Translations under genes and position numbers: made by a program
Shown: positions 37,153 to 47,766 of the stretch, piece after piece
How positions within the stretch are numbered: the first letter of the stretch is position 1
How the letters are laid out: the number at the start of each line of letters is the position of its first letter
Notes under the pieces: model-generated
The model's input: the letters and a program-made list of their open reading frames with translations, nothing else
Told to the model about the DNA's origin: nothing
Database searches by the model: none
NCBI GenBank assembly: GCA_016182205.1
Contig: JACOXW010000012.1
Span: 1 to 57,104, forward strand
From: Candidatus Levyibacteriota bacterium
GTDB taxonomy: Bacteria; Patescibacteriota; Microgenomatia; Levybacterales; UBA12049
DNA: 57,104 bases
Direction: 5' to 3'

Positions 37153-37461
37153 TTACATCTTGATTTCAATATCAACCCCAGCTGGTAATTCAAGATGTGT
37201 CAAACTATCAATCGTTTTATCAGTCGGAGAAACAATATCAATAAGCCGCTTATGTACTCTTATTTCAAAGTGATCTCTATGATCTTTTTCTATAAAAGGC
37301 GATTTGTTAATCGCGTATAAACTTCTATCGGTGGGCAACGGAATTGGTCCTACGATCTTAGCGCCGGTTCGTATCGCCGTATCCAGTATTTGTTGACAAC
37401 AGCTGTCTATAACACGACTGTCATAACTTTTCAAACGTACTCGTATTCTTCCTTTTGGCAT
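37153..37461 (-). CDS. rpsJ: 30S ribosomal protein S10
   Basis: RIRVRLKSYD, GPIPLPT, HKRLIDI and LPAGVDIEIK motifs. Confidence 0.98.
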   Translation of the reverse strand: MPKGRIRVRLKSYDSRVIDSCCQQILDTAIRTGAKIVGPIPLPTDRSLYAINKSPFIEKDHRDHFEIRVHKRLIDIVSPTDKTIDSLTHLELPAGVDIEIKM

Positions 37462-37571
37462 AACGTTAATGTACTATCTGTGTATTATAGCAAAAAATCT
37501 CAATTTATCCTATATACTATTACTGTCTCGGTAAAGACACCCAAAACACCGCCTAAGGCAGATTTTTAGAC

Positions 37572-37596
37572 AAAAAAAATGACCTTACGGTCATTT
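37572..37596 (-). terminator. Intrinsic terminator after tuf
   Basis: AAAUGACC-GUAA-GGUCAUUU running into a U-tract on the minus strand. Confidence 0.7.
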
Positions 37597-37614
37597 GCTA
37601 AGGTAAGTTAGCCC

Positions 37615-38802
37615 TTATGCAATAATCTTGGTGATGACGCCTGCTCCGACAGTTTTTCCACCTTCACGGATAGCAAAACGCAAACCTTCTTCCATAGCGA
37701 CGGGCACGATAAGCTTAACGGACATTTTTGTATTATCACCAGGCATGACCATTTCCACTCCTTGTGGAAGATTTACCTCTGCAGTTACATCTGTAGTTCT
37801 GATATAAAATTGTGGCCTGTATCCTGTAAAGAAAGGTGTATGACGACCACCTTCTTCTTTCGTAAGAATATATGCCTCTGCTTCAAATTCTTTGTGTGGA
37901 GTAATAGATCCTGGCTTTGCAATAACCTGGCCTCTTTCAATATCTGCTTTTTCTATACCACGAAGGAGCAATCCTACGTTATCTCCAGCTTGCCCTTCAT
38001 CCAGCTGTTTTCTAAACATTTCAACACCGGTTACAACTGATGCTTTGGTTGGACGGATACCAATGACTTCAACCGGCTCATTGACTTTCACTTTTCCTCT
38101 TTCAACTCTTCCCGTCACTACTGTTCCTCGCCCTTTGATAGAAAATACATCCTCAACAGGCATCAAAAATGGCTTATCGATATCTCTTTCTGGTGTAGGA
38201 ATGTATTCATCAACAGTATTCATGAGTTCCTCAATTTTTTTCTCGTATTCAGCGTCTCCTTCAAGAGCTTTTAGTGCTGATCCGCGAATAATTGGTGTCG
38301 TATCTCCTGGATATTGGTATTTGGTAAGAAGTTCTCTAACCTCCATCTCAACCAAATCCAACAGCTCCTGATCCTGTACCATATCGCATTTATTCAAGAA
38401 AACGACAATTGCCGGAACACCCACCTGTCTGGCAAGCAAAATATGTTCTCTTGTTTGTGGCATTGGTCCGTCTGGAGCTGAAACTACCAAAATAGCACCG
38501 TCCATTTGGGCGGCACCGGTAATCATGTTTTTTATGTAGTCTGCGTGTCCTGGAGCGTCAATGTGTGCATAGTGGCGCTTTTCTGTTTCATATTCAAGAT
38601 GGGTAATGTTGATGGTGACGCCTCTGGCCTTTTCTTCCGGGGCATTATCGATATCTTCATACTTTTTGGCTTCTGCCATGCCTTTTTTGGAGAGCACCGT
38701 TGCGATTGCAGCAGAAAGTGTGGTCTTTCCATGGTCAACATGACCAATTGTACCAATGTTTACGTGTGGTTTTGTTCTCTCAAATTTCTTTGCGTCTGCC
38801 AT
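37615..38802 (-). CDS. tuf: Elongation factor Tu
   Basis: [23 protein letters not shown] and FAIREGG motifs. Confidence 0.99.
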   Translation of the reverse strand: MADAKKFERTKPHVNIGTIGHVDHGKTTLSAAIATVLSKKGMAEAKKYEDIDNAPEEKARGVTINITHLEYETEKRHYAHIDAPGHADYIKNMITGAAQMDGAILVVSAPDGPMPQTREHILLARQVGVPAIVVFLNKCDMVQDQELLDLVEMEVRELLTKYQYPGDTTPIIRGSALKALEGDAEYEKKIEELMNTVDEYIPTPERDIDKPFLMPVEDVFSIKGRGTVVTGRVERGKVKVNEPVEVIGIRPTKASVVTGVEMFRKQLDEGQAGDNVGLLLRGIEKADIERGQVIAKPGSITPHKEFEAEAYILTKEEGGRHTPFFTGYRPQFYIRTTDVTAEVNLPQGVEMVMPGDNTKMSVKLIVPVAMEEGLRFAIREGGKTVGAGVITKIIA

Positions 38803-38930
38803 AGTTAGTCAAAAAATAAAAACCCGCTGATCAGGTTCAAATGTATGATACCACACTATTTTTGTACTCGTCAAGGGGTATTTTAGAATTTTCGTTTGAA
38901 TTAAAAAATAATACTGTTACAATAGGACGT

Positions 38931-39578
38931 ATGAGGCTGTTTAATGGTATGACAAAAAATAATACTGCGTTAATTGTGATAGACATAATAAATTCTTGTG
39001 TGCATGAGAAATGCGAAATACCTGAGTGGAATATTCACTTTCAAACGATTCGGACAATGGTACCAAAACTTGTTACATTTATAGATGACTACAGGAAATA
39101 CATAAATAGCAATGTTATTTTAACAACGACTGTACCTTGGAGAAAAGAATTTCTTCCAGATAATTTGAACGAACTATACAAAGATCCAAAAGCGTATTAT
39201 TATTCAAAAGATACGACCGGATTTGCGGAAGAATTTTATCTGGTGAAACCTCAACCAACAGATAAAGTAATCGCAAAAAGTAGTTATGATGCATTCTCAC
39301 AGACTGATTTAGATGAGTATTTACAAAAACGAAATATCAAATATCTTATTGTTACTGGCGTTTTCACTGATGGTTGCGTCATGGCAACGATTATCAATGG
39401 TTTCGCCAAAGGATATAATTTCGTTGTCCTCAAGGATCTGATTGAGACTACAGATGATCCAGAAAGAAAAGAGATTCAGAAGTATTTTATCAACCGAACA
39501 TTTCCGATCATGTACGGAAGGACACTTACCAGCAGTGATTTTTTGCAGATGTGGCAAAATAAATTGAATAATTATTAA
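38931..39578 (+). CDS. Isochorismatase/cysteine hydrolase (nicotinamidase-like)
   Basis: LIVID, K..YDAF and GVFTDGCVMAT give a D-K-C triad; ATG lies 7 nt after TGTTACAAT (alternative ATG at 38949). Confidence 0.85.
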   Translation: MRLFNGMTKNNTALIVIDIINSCVHEKCEIPEWNIHFQTIRTMVPKLVTFIDDYRKYINSNVILTTTVPWRKEFLPDNLNELYKDPKAYYYSKDTTGFAEEFYLVKPQPTDKVIAKSSYDAFSQTDLDEYLQKRNIKYLIVTGVFTDGCVMATIINGFAKGYNFVVLKDLIETTDDPERKEIQKYFINRTFPIMYGRTLTSSDFLQMWQNKLNNY

Positions 39579-39718
39579 CGCTTCGAGGATTTTCGGGATG
39601 GTTTTTTTGATCTTCCTGCTCGATCAAGATAAATCACAATCGCTGCACCAACAACCATAACCATATTGGCAATTGTTGCGACATCAAGACCCGTTTTTAG
39701 CTGTTCAATAATTGTCAT
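39575..39718 (-). CDS. Small single-TM protein (47 aa) with a basic tail
   Basis: GGAGG SD before the ATG; hydrophobic segment followed by a K/R-rich end. Confidence 0.5.
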   Translation of the reverse strand: MTIIEQLKTGLDVATIANMVMVVGAAIVIYLDRAGRSKKPSRKSSKR

Positions 39719-39911
39719 ACGCATCCTCCAAGAAATGAAGCGAGATATATAAAGCAAAACCCATACTAACAAGATATTTTATTTGTGTCAAGAAATCATA
39801 TGGCGTTAATACGTAGGGAAGCGTAAATGCAGCCGTAAGCCATCCTACCGCCACATTTCTGAAGAAATCAGACATTGCTTCTTTTTGTTTTTTATTCCAA
39901 CTTAGCTTCAT
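39705..39911 (-). CDS. Small two-TM hypothetical protein (68 aa)
   Basis: ATG 7 nt after TGGTATAAA; two hydrophobic segments; overlaps the next small ORF. Confidence 0.55.
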   Translation of the reverse strand: MKLSWNKKQKEAMSDFFRNVAVGWLTAAFTLPYVLTPYDFLTQIKYLVSMGFALYISLHFLEDAYDNY

Positions 39912-39949
39912 AGCCGTATTTATACCACACATCTGCTATAATGTCAGCC

Positions 39950-40552
39950 ATGCGTATCGCTATTTTGGGCGGCAGCTTTGATCCACCACACATCGGGCAT
40001 TTATTGGTTGCAGGACAAGTAAAAAAACATTTGAATGTCGACCAAATATGGCTTATGCCAGTATTTGACCATCCTTTCCATAAAGTCATGGCAAGTCCAA
40101 AAGACAGGCTCGCCATGACAAAATTCCTAGAAGGCCCGGGGATTCTGGTCTCAGATTTTGAAATAAATCAAGCTAAAACAAGTTTTACTATTGACACGCT
40201 GGACGAATTAAAAAAACAATATCCTGATAATAGCTTCTTTTGGATAATAGGTTCTGACCAGGTAAAGGATTTTCGAAAATGGAAAGAGTGGAAAAGAATT
40301 ATCACTGATTTCAAACTAATCATCTATGCACGGGGAGATGACGTCTTTACCCTTGAGGAGAAGGCAAAAAAATATTTGCGGTTACAGATGTTACCAAAAA
40401 CAATCTTTCTTTTAAATACAAAAGACTTGCTAATTTCAGATGTATCTTCTACAGAAATACGAGAACGGATAAAAAACGGACATCCCATTCATAATATGGT
40501 ATCAAGACGGATAAACGAATATATCCTACAAAAAAAATTGTATACTAAATAA
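39950..40552 (+). CDS. nadD: Nicotinate-nucleotide adenylyltransferase
   Basis: GGSFDPPHIGH, TIDTL, IIGSD, W and SSTEIR motifs. Confidence 0.95.
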   Translation: MRIAILGGSFDPPHIGHLLVAGQVKKHLNVDQIWLMPVFDHPFHKVMASPKDRLAMTKFLEGPGILVSDFEINQAKTSFTIDTLDELKKQYPDNSFFWIIGSDQVKDFRKWKEWKRIITDFKLIIYARGDDVFTLEEKAKKYLRLQMLPKTIFLLNTKDLLISDVSSTEIRERIKNGHPIHNMVSRRINEYILQKKLYTK

Positions 40553-40553
40553 C

Positions 40554-41324
40554 ATGAATATACTCAAAATACAACCTAATATAGAAACGAAAAAAATTGT
40601 CACCTTTATGCAAAAAACTCTAAAACGAGAGAATATCCGGCATGTCGTAATTGGAGTATCGGGTGGTATCGACTCTACCACAAGTCTTTTTCTTTTAGCC
40701 AACGCTTTTCCCAAAGAACATATTTTCCCAGTACATCTTTATTTTTTTGCCCCACAGAAAAAAACAATTGAGATGATTACTAAAAAAGCAGGCATACCAA
40801 AAGAAAATCTTACTTTCCTTTCTATCAAAAACCCGGTACATACTTTTCAACTGTCACTACATGTCTCAATTGAAGAAAAAATACGCTTAGGAAATATCAT
40901 GGCGCGAACTCGTATGATTATGCTCTACGATCTGGCAAAAAAATACCGGGCTTTAGTGTGTGGGACTGAAAATAAATCTGAATATTTCCTGGGATACTTT
41001 ACGCGATTTGGCGATGAAGCTTCTGATATCGAACCACTTAGACATCTTTATAAAGCCCAGGTTTACCAGCTTGCAAAATTTCTTAATGTTCCAAAAGAAA
41101 TAATTACTCAGGAACCATCAGCAGGACTATGGCATGGACAGACAGATGAAGAGGAATTTGGGTTTTCCTACAAAGACGCGGACCAAGTATTGTATCTATA
41201 TTTCGAAAAAAACAAATCAGTTGATGAAATTGGAAAAATGGGATTTGAAAATGCAGAAAAAATTATCGACTGGACAAAACTTGTCGACTTCAAACATCAC
41301 ACACCATATATCCTTTCATCCTAG
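40554..41324 (+). CDS. nadE: NH3-dependent NAD+ synthetase
   Basis: GVSGGIDS, GNIMARTRM, GYFTRFGD and PSAGLWHGQTDE motifs. Confidence 0.96.
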   Translation: MNILKIQPNIETKKIVTFMQKTLKRENIRHVVIGVSGGIDSTTSLFLLANAFPKEHIFPVHLYFFAPQKKTIEMITKKAGIPKENLTFLSIKNPVHTFQLSLHVSIEEKIRLGNIMARTRMIMLYDLAKKYRALVCGTENKSEYFLGYFTRFGDEASDIEPLRHLYKAQVYQLAKFLNVPKEIITQEPSAGLWHGQTDEEEFGFSYKDADQVLYLYFEKNKSVDEIGKMGFENAEKIIDWTKLVDFKHHTPYILSS

Positions 41325-42406
41325 AAGAATGAATATGCCCAGTACCCTATAGAGACAATACCTTTTTTCTTCGCATATTCTCTCTTTTTTAAAACTGATT
41401 TTTCGTCTTCAAACCAAACAATGTGCCGTATTCCTATGGCATCTTGGAACATAACTTTATTTTCTGCAGAAACTGAATCGTAAGATAGTGAGCAAGACTT
41501 TTCTTTGCATGCATCGACAAACTGCTGCTTTGCTTCTTTCAGACTTAACGCAACACCATTACCTGTTGACTGGTGTCTTTCATCTACCGGCCAGTTGTAC
41601 CCAAACATACCAAAAATTACGGACAATTTATGTGAAGGAACAACCTGCGAAAAATCTTTTATCATCGTTTGGAAATCATATCCGTAAGTATTTTTTCCGC
41701 TGAAAGGAAAATTCGGACCTGGATTTCCCCTGGATTTGTGAAAATCATATGCCATTATATAGACCGTATCTGCAGTTTGCCCGATTTTTTCAACATCATA
41801 CGGACGAACCCTGAAAAATGTATCCCCAAATACTGTTGCAGAAAAAGAAAGATTTTGCCTTCGTGATGCCTTCTCAAAGCGCTGATAAAAATGTGTAATC
41901 CCTTTTATAACAGATTCAAATGATAATGCTGAAAGTTCATAATCCAAAACAATACCGCTAAAATGATACTGTTTCGCTGTTGCTATAGATCCTTGAATAA
42001 TCTTTTCTTGTAACTCTGTCTTCTCCAGTAATCTTGAATTCAATTTTGAATTAATCATCCGAACCACAAGTAGCTTTTTGCCGACAGAGGGAATATTCTG
42101 CATGAATTGTGATAGTTTTCTATACCCATCTTCTGTTTTATCAATTCCCTCCTCATTTACCGCAATACCAAAATATATCTGTTCATCGAAATCCTCAACA
42201 TAAAGAGGAGAATTTCCTACGCTCCAGTATGGAATAAAAATACTTTCTTTCTCTTGTCCTTTTTGCGCAAGAGAAGTAATTGTAGGCGAACTTATATTTT
42301 TTTCACCAGACAATGGAGAAAGAAATACTGATTTTGAGGTGGTAGATTTATACACAGCACCAACTACTAAAGCCACGAAAAAGCAAACCAGTACAATCTT
42401 TTTCAC
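41321..42406 (-). CDS. Glycoside hydrolase family 18 protein, secreted or anchored
   Basis: FSGIVLDYE, IMAYDFH, VWFED and IGYW motifs; N-terminal hydrophobic segment; GTG 6 nt after TATAAT. Confidence 0.85.
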   Translation of the reverse strand: MKKIVLVCFFVALVVGAVYKSTTSKSVFLSPLSGEKNISSPTITSLAQKGQEKESIFIPYWSVGNSPLYVEDFDEQIYFGIAVNEEGIDKTEDGYRKLSQFMQNIPSVGKKLLVVRMINSKLNSRLLEKTELQEKIIQGSIATAKQYHFSGIVLDYELSALSFESVIKGITHFYQRFEKASRRQNLSFSATVFGDTFFRVRPYDVEKIGQTADTVYIMAYDFHKSRGNPGPNFPFSGKNTYGYDFQTMIKDFSQVVPSHKLSVIFGMFGYNWPVDERHQSTGNGVALSLKEAKQQFVDACKEKSCSLSYDSVSAENKVMFQDAIGIRHIVWFEDEKSVLKKREYAKKKGIVSIGYWAYSFF

Positions 42407-42446
42407 TGTTGTATTATACAATAGATGGTTATAGGTACTACGAAAA

Positions 42447-43109
42447 TCATTTTTTAGATATGAGAAAGTAATCTTCTTTTGGGTGGCCCTTATGAAGACT
42501 TAGAATCCGTTCAACGTCATGCATTTGTGAAGCATGTTGATACATAGCCTGTACTTTGATCTCCCATACATCAGAAATATCCACAACTTTATCTACCTCA
42601 GACCTACTATAACCTTTTGGGAAGTAAATAAAGTAGTTTTTCATTTGTTCTGCTATATAATCCTTTCCTGTGTGATGCCATACCTCCTTGATAAAATGCA
42701 ATTTTTGAAAGATGTACATGGTTACCATAGAAACAGTAATATGATCTATGTGACCGGATACACCATTTTGTGTAAATGTCATAATGGCTTCCGGCCTTAG
42801 TTTTTCCAAATAAACTTCTATACGATCAGCAATCTTATGATAAAGATTGTTTGAGAGTGTTCCGTCCCGAAAACCCAAGAAAAATACTTTCTTTACCCCT
42901 AGGATTTTCGCCGAAAGTTTTAGCTCGTTTGAGCGTATTTTAGATAAAGTTTCTGAACTTCTTGAACTGTTTTGTCCCTTTTGGCCACGAGTTGCACAAA
43001 GAATATATACATCAAATTCCTTTGTAAGTTTTGCAATTGTTCCACCTGGACCAAAAGCTTCGTCGTCAGGGTGAGCGAAGATACATACAAAGCTCTTTTT
43101 CTTTTTCAT
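42447..43109 (-). CDS. PIG-L/LmbE-family N-acetylglucosaminyl deacetylase
   Basis: FAHPDDE, ATRG, RSNEL, GHIDH and HASQ motifs. Confidence 0.9.
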   Translation of the reverse strand: MKKKKSFVCIFAHPDDEAFGPGGTIAKLTKEFDVYILCATRGQKGQNSSRSSETLSKIRSNELKLSAKILGVKKVFFLGFRDGTLSNNLYHKIADRIEVYLEKLRPEAIMTFTQNGVSGHIDHITVSMVTMYIFQKLHFIKEVWHHTGKDYIAEQMKNYFIYFPKGYSRSEVDKVVDISDVWEIKVQAMYQHASQMHDVERILSLHKGHPKEDYFLISKK

Positions 43110-43320
43110 ACCGGTATTATAGCAAAACTCTGTCCAAACTTTGTCCAAATGTTGTGCAGGAAATATCAAGCAGATATGAAAAAAAGAAATTACAATCTAA
43201 AAACAAAATATGCATCTTGAAATTTACAACAAAGGACTGCCGCCTTAGGAAAAGCAACTACAACAGGGAAATACATACCAAAAGAAGGCATGACGGAATC
43301 ATTGCTTTCTTTTTGGTTTT

Positions 43321-43749
43321 TTATTCCTCAACCGATAAGATCCGGATTCTCCATGGTGGATAGCTTGATAAGGTAGCAATCGCAGGACCTTTTGGACCAA
43401 TACCTCGAAGTGAGAAACTATCTTCTTTGAGAAAAAGAATCTCAGGTACTACTTCCTGCAGTACACGTCTTGTAACTGCGTTGTGTTCAACCAGAACTTT
43501 TCTCTCATCTGGTAGAAAAATAAGTGAAGGTGGAAAAATAATTATCTCAAGATAGGGTGTTCTCAACGTTTCTGCTTCTTCCCTTGACCAGGAAACTGAA
43601 AAGCCTATGGGATTTCTTTTTTTATCTTTGTAAACAGCCCGTGCACCACCAAGTATGTGTTCGGCAATCGAGATTATCTCTTCCCAAGCAGGATCATGAC
43701 TGACTTCTGAATTATCACCTAAAAAGGGTCGTTCTTGAGGAGAAACCAT
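43321..43749 (-). CDS. Hypothetical protein (142 aa)
   Basis: ATG lies 7 nt after TGGTATAAT; no recognisable motif. Confidence 0.55.
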   Translation of the reverse strand: MVSPQERPFLGDNSEVSHDPAWEEIISIAEHILGGARAVYKDKKRNPIGFSVSWSREEAETLRTPYLEIIIFPPSLIFLPDERKVLVEHNAVTRRVLQEVVPEILFLKEDSFSLRGIGPKGPAIATLSSYPPWRIRILSVEE

Positions 43750-43823
43750 TGTCAGGATTATACCACGGTAGAAAAAATTATAAGTATACGAAAAAAGCGG
43801 GGTAATCTTAAGAATGTTTATTA

Positions 43824-45965
43824 TTACTGAGCGGAAACACGACCTGTAAAGGTAGATTTTGCTAACATTGCCTCGATAATATTTTTCGGAACTTCCTCAT
43901 AATGTGATGGTTCCATATAATACGAAGCGCGTCCCTGAGTCATACTTCTTAGCGTTGTTGCATAACCTGAAAGCTCAGCCAGAGGAACTAACGCATTAAT
44001 AATTGTTGCTTTACTTCTTTCTTCTGTTCCTGAAATCTGAGCGCGTTTTGATGAAAGATCACCGATAACATCCCCCATAAACTCAGATGGTGTAGTTACT
44101 TCAACCTTCATAATCGGCTCAAGGAGCGTCAGGTCAGCCTTTTTTGTGGCTGACTGAAGGGCCTGAGATGCAGCAATTTTAAAGGCAATTTCCGATGAAT
44201 CAACATCGTGATATGAGCCGTCATAACAGGTAACTTTTATATCAACAACCGGATAACCAAGAAGAATACCATTCTCAAGCGATTCTTTCACGCCCTTTTC
44301 AATTGCTTTTATAAATTCTGCCGGAATTGCTCCTCCTTTAATCGCATCCACAAATTCGTAGCCTTCTCCTCGAGGCTTGGCATCAACACGGAGGAAACAG
44401 TGACCGTATTGGCCGCGTCCTCCGGATTGCCGGATATATTTCCCTTCGCCTTCTGCTTGTTTTTTCACAGTTTCTTTATAAGCCACCTGTGGCGCGCCCA
44501 CATTTGCCTCCACACCAAAATCTGCCTTCATGGTATTGACCTTCACTTCAAGCTGCAGTTCTCCAACTCCAGAAATAATGGTCTGGCCTGTTTCATGGTT
44601 TGTTTTCACCTGAAATGTAGGATCTTCATCCATAAGCCGCTTGAGAGCAAAACCTAGCTTTTCCTGATCAGACTTCGTCTTTGGCTCAATAGCAAGTGAA
44701 ATAACTGGCTCAGGAAACGTAATTTTTTCAAGAACAATCGGTTTTCCCTCATCACAAAGAGTATCTCCTGTTCCGGTATCCTTGAGTCCCACGATGGCAA
44801 CAATTTCTCCAGCAAAAGCCTCCTGAATTTCTTCCCGTTGATTTGAGTGCATCAAAAGAAGCCGTCCTACACGTTCTTTAAGATTTTTAGAACTGTTAAA
44901 AATATACGAACCTGCTTGTATTGTTCCTGAATAGACGCGGAAAAATGTGAGCTTTCCTACATGTGGATCATTTTGAATCTTAAATGCCAACCCTGCCATA
45001 GGAGCATTTTCAACCAATTGTCTTGTCTCTTCCTCATTGGTTTTTGGATTTATTCCTTTTACTTCTTTTAAGTCAACAGGAGAAGGGAGATATTCGATAA
45101 CAGCATCTAAAAGTGGTTGCACACCTTTATTTCGAAGTGACGAACCTGCGTAAATCGGCACCAGTTTATATGCGATAACTGCTCTTCTTAGTGCTTTTCG
45201 CAGTTCTTCAGGAACTATCTCTTCATTGTTTAAATACTTTTCCATCAAAATATCATCTGTCTCAGCAATTTTTTCAATAAGCTTGTTTCTATAGGTTTCT
45301 ACTTGATCCTTCATGTCCTCTGGAATTTCATCTGAGACGTCGTATTTTGCACCCAGCTCATCCGAACCCCAAACGTATGCTTTCCTACTCAAAAGATCTA
45401 CAATACCTTTGAACGAAGATTCAAAACCGATGGGAAGTACCATGATCGCCGGATTTGCACCAAGTCTGTCCTCAATAGATTTTATTGTGGCAAAAAAATC
45501 TGCACCCAATTTATCCATTTTGTTCACAAAGCAAATACGTGGAACTTTATACTTATCTGCCTGTCTCCATACGGTTTCGGATTGAGACTGTACTCCTTCT
45601 TCTGCATCCAGAACAGTGATGCCCCCGTCCAGAACACGAAGCGAACGCTCTACTTCTGCAGTAAAGTCTACATGCCCCGGTGTATCAATAATATTTATTC
45701 TGTGTTCAACACCCTCAAGAGGTCCTGTTGTAGGTTTCCAAAATGCGGTGGTTGCAGCAGAGACAATAGTAATACCTCTTGCCCGTTCTTCTGCCATCCA
45801 GTCCATGACTGTATTTCCCTCATCAATATCACCGATTTTGTGAGTACGTCCAGTATAATAAAGGATACGTTCTGTGGTAGTAGTTTTACCTGCATCAATA
45901 TGCGCGATAATACCAATATTTCGTATTTTATCTAATTCAAATTTTCGATGGAGCGATTCTGCCAT
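43824..45965 (-). CDS. fusA: Elongation factor G
   Basis: [34 protein letters not shown] and [10 protein letters not shown] motifs. Confidence 0.99.
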   Translation of the reverse strand: MAESLHRKFELDKIRNIGIIAHIDAGKTTTTERILYYTGRTHKIGDIDEGNTVMDWMAEERARGITIVSAATTAFWKPTTGPLEGVEHRINIIDTPGHVDFTAEVERSLRVLDGGITVLDAEEGVQSQSETVWRQADKYKVPRICFVNKMDKLGADFFATIKSIEDRLGANPAIMVLPIGFESSFKGIVDLLSRKAYVWGSDELGAKYDVSDEIPEDMKDQVETYRNKLIEKIAETDDILMEKYLNNEEIVPEELRKALRRAVIAYKLVPIYAGSSLRNKGVQPLLDAVIEYLPSPVDLKEVKGINPKTNEEETRQLVENAPMAGLAFKIQNDPHVGKLTFFRVYSGTIQAGSYIFNSSKNLKERVGRLLLMHSNQREEIQEAFAGEIVAIVGLKDTGTGDTLCDEGKPIVLEKITFPEPVISLAIEPKTKSDQEKLGFALKRLMDEDPTFQVKTNHETGQTIISGVGELQLEVKVNTMKADFGVEANVGAPQVAYKETVKKQAEGEGKYIRQSGGRGQYGHCFLRVDAKPRGEGYEFVDAIKGGAIPAEFIKAIEKGVKESLENGILLGYPVVDIKVTCYDGSYHDVDSSEIAFKIAASQALQSATKKADLTLLEPIMKVEVTTPSEFMGDVIGDLSSKRAQISGTEERSKATIINALVPLAELSGYATTLRSMTQGRASYYMEPSHYEEVPKNIIEAMLAKSTFTGRVSAQ

Positions 45966-46203
45966 ATATTTACCTAAAAAAACTCCCGATCGTGGGAGTA
46001 AGTAACCCCTTTCAAACTATTAAAATTATACCATACTTTCTCAAAACGTGCCACCATACTTTTCTTACAAATTTCATGTTGACATGAATACTCTTTTTTG
46101 TGTAAGTTACAATTAAGAAGAAGGAGGGCTTGCCCCTCCCAAGCCCGATCCTCAATAAGGCTTTCAAGAAAACAGATATTGAGGGCGAAGGGGGGTGAGA
46201 TAC

Positions 46204-46569
46204 ATGCTTAATTTTAATTCTTTGGTGCTTTTTTCTGAAAAACCGGAAGCCTTAGTGAATTTCTACAGCAAAGTGTTTGAGAAGAAACCTGATTGGTCAG
46301 GAGGTGACTTTCACGGCTTTACTGTCGGATCAGGATCCCTGGTAATTGGCCCACATGACAAAGTTCATGGCAAAAGCCATAATCCCGAAAGAATACAATT
46401 CAATTTTGAGACAGAAGATGTTCAAGGAGAATTTGAGAGGGTTAAAGGACTTGGATCCGCTGTTATTGCAGACCCATATCATCCTGGTGAAGAACCTGAA
46501 ATCTGGCTGGCGACGCTTGCAGATCCAGATGGCAACTATTTTCAGCTCATGTCACCCATGAAAATGTAA
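46204..46569 (+). CDS. VOC/glyoxalase-family protein
   Basis: FYSKVF, NFETEDV and DPDGNYFQL motifs; GGGGGTG SD. Confidence 0.85.
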   Translation: MLNFNSLVLFSEKPEALVNFYSKVFEKKPDWSGGDFHGFTVGSGSLVIGPHDKVHGKSHNPERIQFNFETEDVQGEFERVKGLGSAVIADPYHPGEEPEIWLATLADPDGNYFQLMSPMKM

Positions 46570-46626
46570 GATATAAAAAGTCATATTCTCCCTTGACTTT
46601 TTGTTATTTCTTATTATCATAGGGTA

Positions 46627-47286
46627 ATGAATAATATGCTGCTTTTTGGAGTAGTTGTTTTTGTTGGTGTAATGGCATTTCTTATTTTTTCAAATAAAGG
46701 GCCGACAAATCCGCAGCTACCGGATATAAAATTCCTTACACCAACCCAGCCACTTTCACAATTACAACGGCAACAAGAGGAACAACTTCGCCAACAACAA
46801 TTACAACAACAACAGTTGATCCAGCAGCAATCACAGCAAAATGTGCAGGGTGCGTCCGAATCCGCAAAAGCATCCAGTATTGTTATCAAAACAAGTAAAG
46901 GCGATATTACTATTAAGTTTTATGCCAACGATGCAAAAAATACGGTTGCTAACTTTGTGAATAAAGCAAAGTCGGGATTTTATAATAATCTGACATTCCA
47001 TCGAGTAGAAGATTGGGTGGTACAAGGCGGAGATCCACTGGGGAATGGTACTGGTGGAGGAAATATGCAAACCGAACTAAATGATCATCCATTTGTTAGA
47101 GGCTCAGTCGGAGTTGCTCGTGGTAATGATATCAAGATTTCAAATGATGCGCAGTTTTTTATCACAAAACAAGACGCATCGCACTTAAATGGACAATATA
47201 CAAATTTTGGAGAGGTAACAAGCGGCATGGACGTGGTAGATAAAATCGAAATCGGCGACAAAATATTAGGTTTAACAATAGAATAA
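46627..47286 (+). CDS. Membrane-anchored cyclophilin-type peptidyl-prolyl isomerase with a Gln-rich linker
   Basis: N-terminal TM; FYNNLTFHRV, QGGDP.G.GTGG, QFFI and HLNGQYTNFG motifs. Confidence 0.92.
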   Translation: MNNMLLFGVVVFVGVMAFLIFSNKGPTNPQLPDIKFLTPTQPLSQLQRQQEEQLRQQQLQQQQLIQQQSQQNVQGASESAKASSIVIKTSKGDITIKFYANDAKNTVANFVNKAKSGFYNNLTFHRVEDWVVQGGDPLGNGTGGGNMQTELNDHPFVRGSVGVARGNDIKISNDAQFFITKQDASHLNGQYTNFGEVTSGMDVVDKIEIGDKILGLTIE

Positions 47287-47289
47287 TGC

Positions 47290-47766
47290 TTACCAACGGA
47301 AATGGGCGAAGGCTTTGTTAGCGTCTGCCATGCGCTGCATGGTATCTCGTTTTTTAATCGCGTCCCCTTTACCTTCTAAGATGTCCAGAATCTCTGCGGC
47401 AAGTTTTTCTGAAAACGCATGGTACTCTTTATTTGGACGAGCTGTAGCTGCGGTAATAAGCCATCTTATGGCTAGCGCTTGACGTCTATCCCCACGAACC
47501 TCGATAGGAATCTGGTAAGATGCGCCGCCTACCCGTCTGGCCTTTACCTCAATTTTTGGCCCAACAGTAGCAACTGCCCGTTCAAAAAGTGCTACTGGAT
47601 CTTCTTCTTTTTTCTTTCCAAGAATTGCGAAGGCTTGATAAACCTGTTTTTCGGCTACAGTTTTTTTCCCATCCTTCATAATCCGGTTGATGAGCTTTGC
47701 AACAACTCGATTGCTATAGATAATATCCGGGGGAGTAATACGTTTTACTACTTTCTTGTGTCTCAT
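47290..47766 (-). CDS. rpsG: 30S ribosomal protein S7
   Basis: MKDGKK, RRVGGASYQIP and MADANKAFAHFRW motifs. Confidence 0.98.
   Translation of the reverse strand: MRHKKVVKRITPPDIIYSNRVVAKLINRIMKDGKKTVAEKQVYQAFAILGKKKEEDPVALFERAVATVGPKIEVKARRVGGASYQIPIEVRGDRRQALAIRWLITAATARPNKEYHAFSEKLAAEILDILEGKGDAIKKRDTMQRMADANKAFAHFRW

Noticed and set aside
43131..43150. Direct repeat TGTCCAAA x2 upstream of the PIG-L gene
   Set aside because: Only two short copies. It could be an operator near the -35 region, but chance cannot be excluded.
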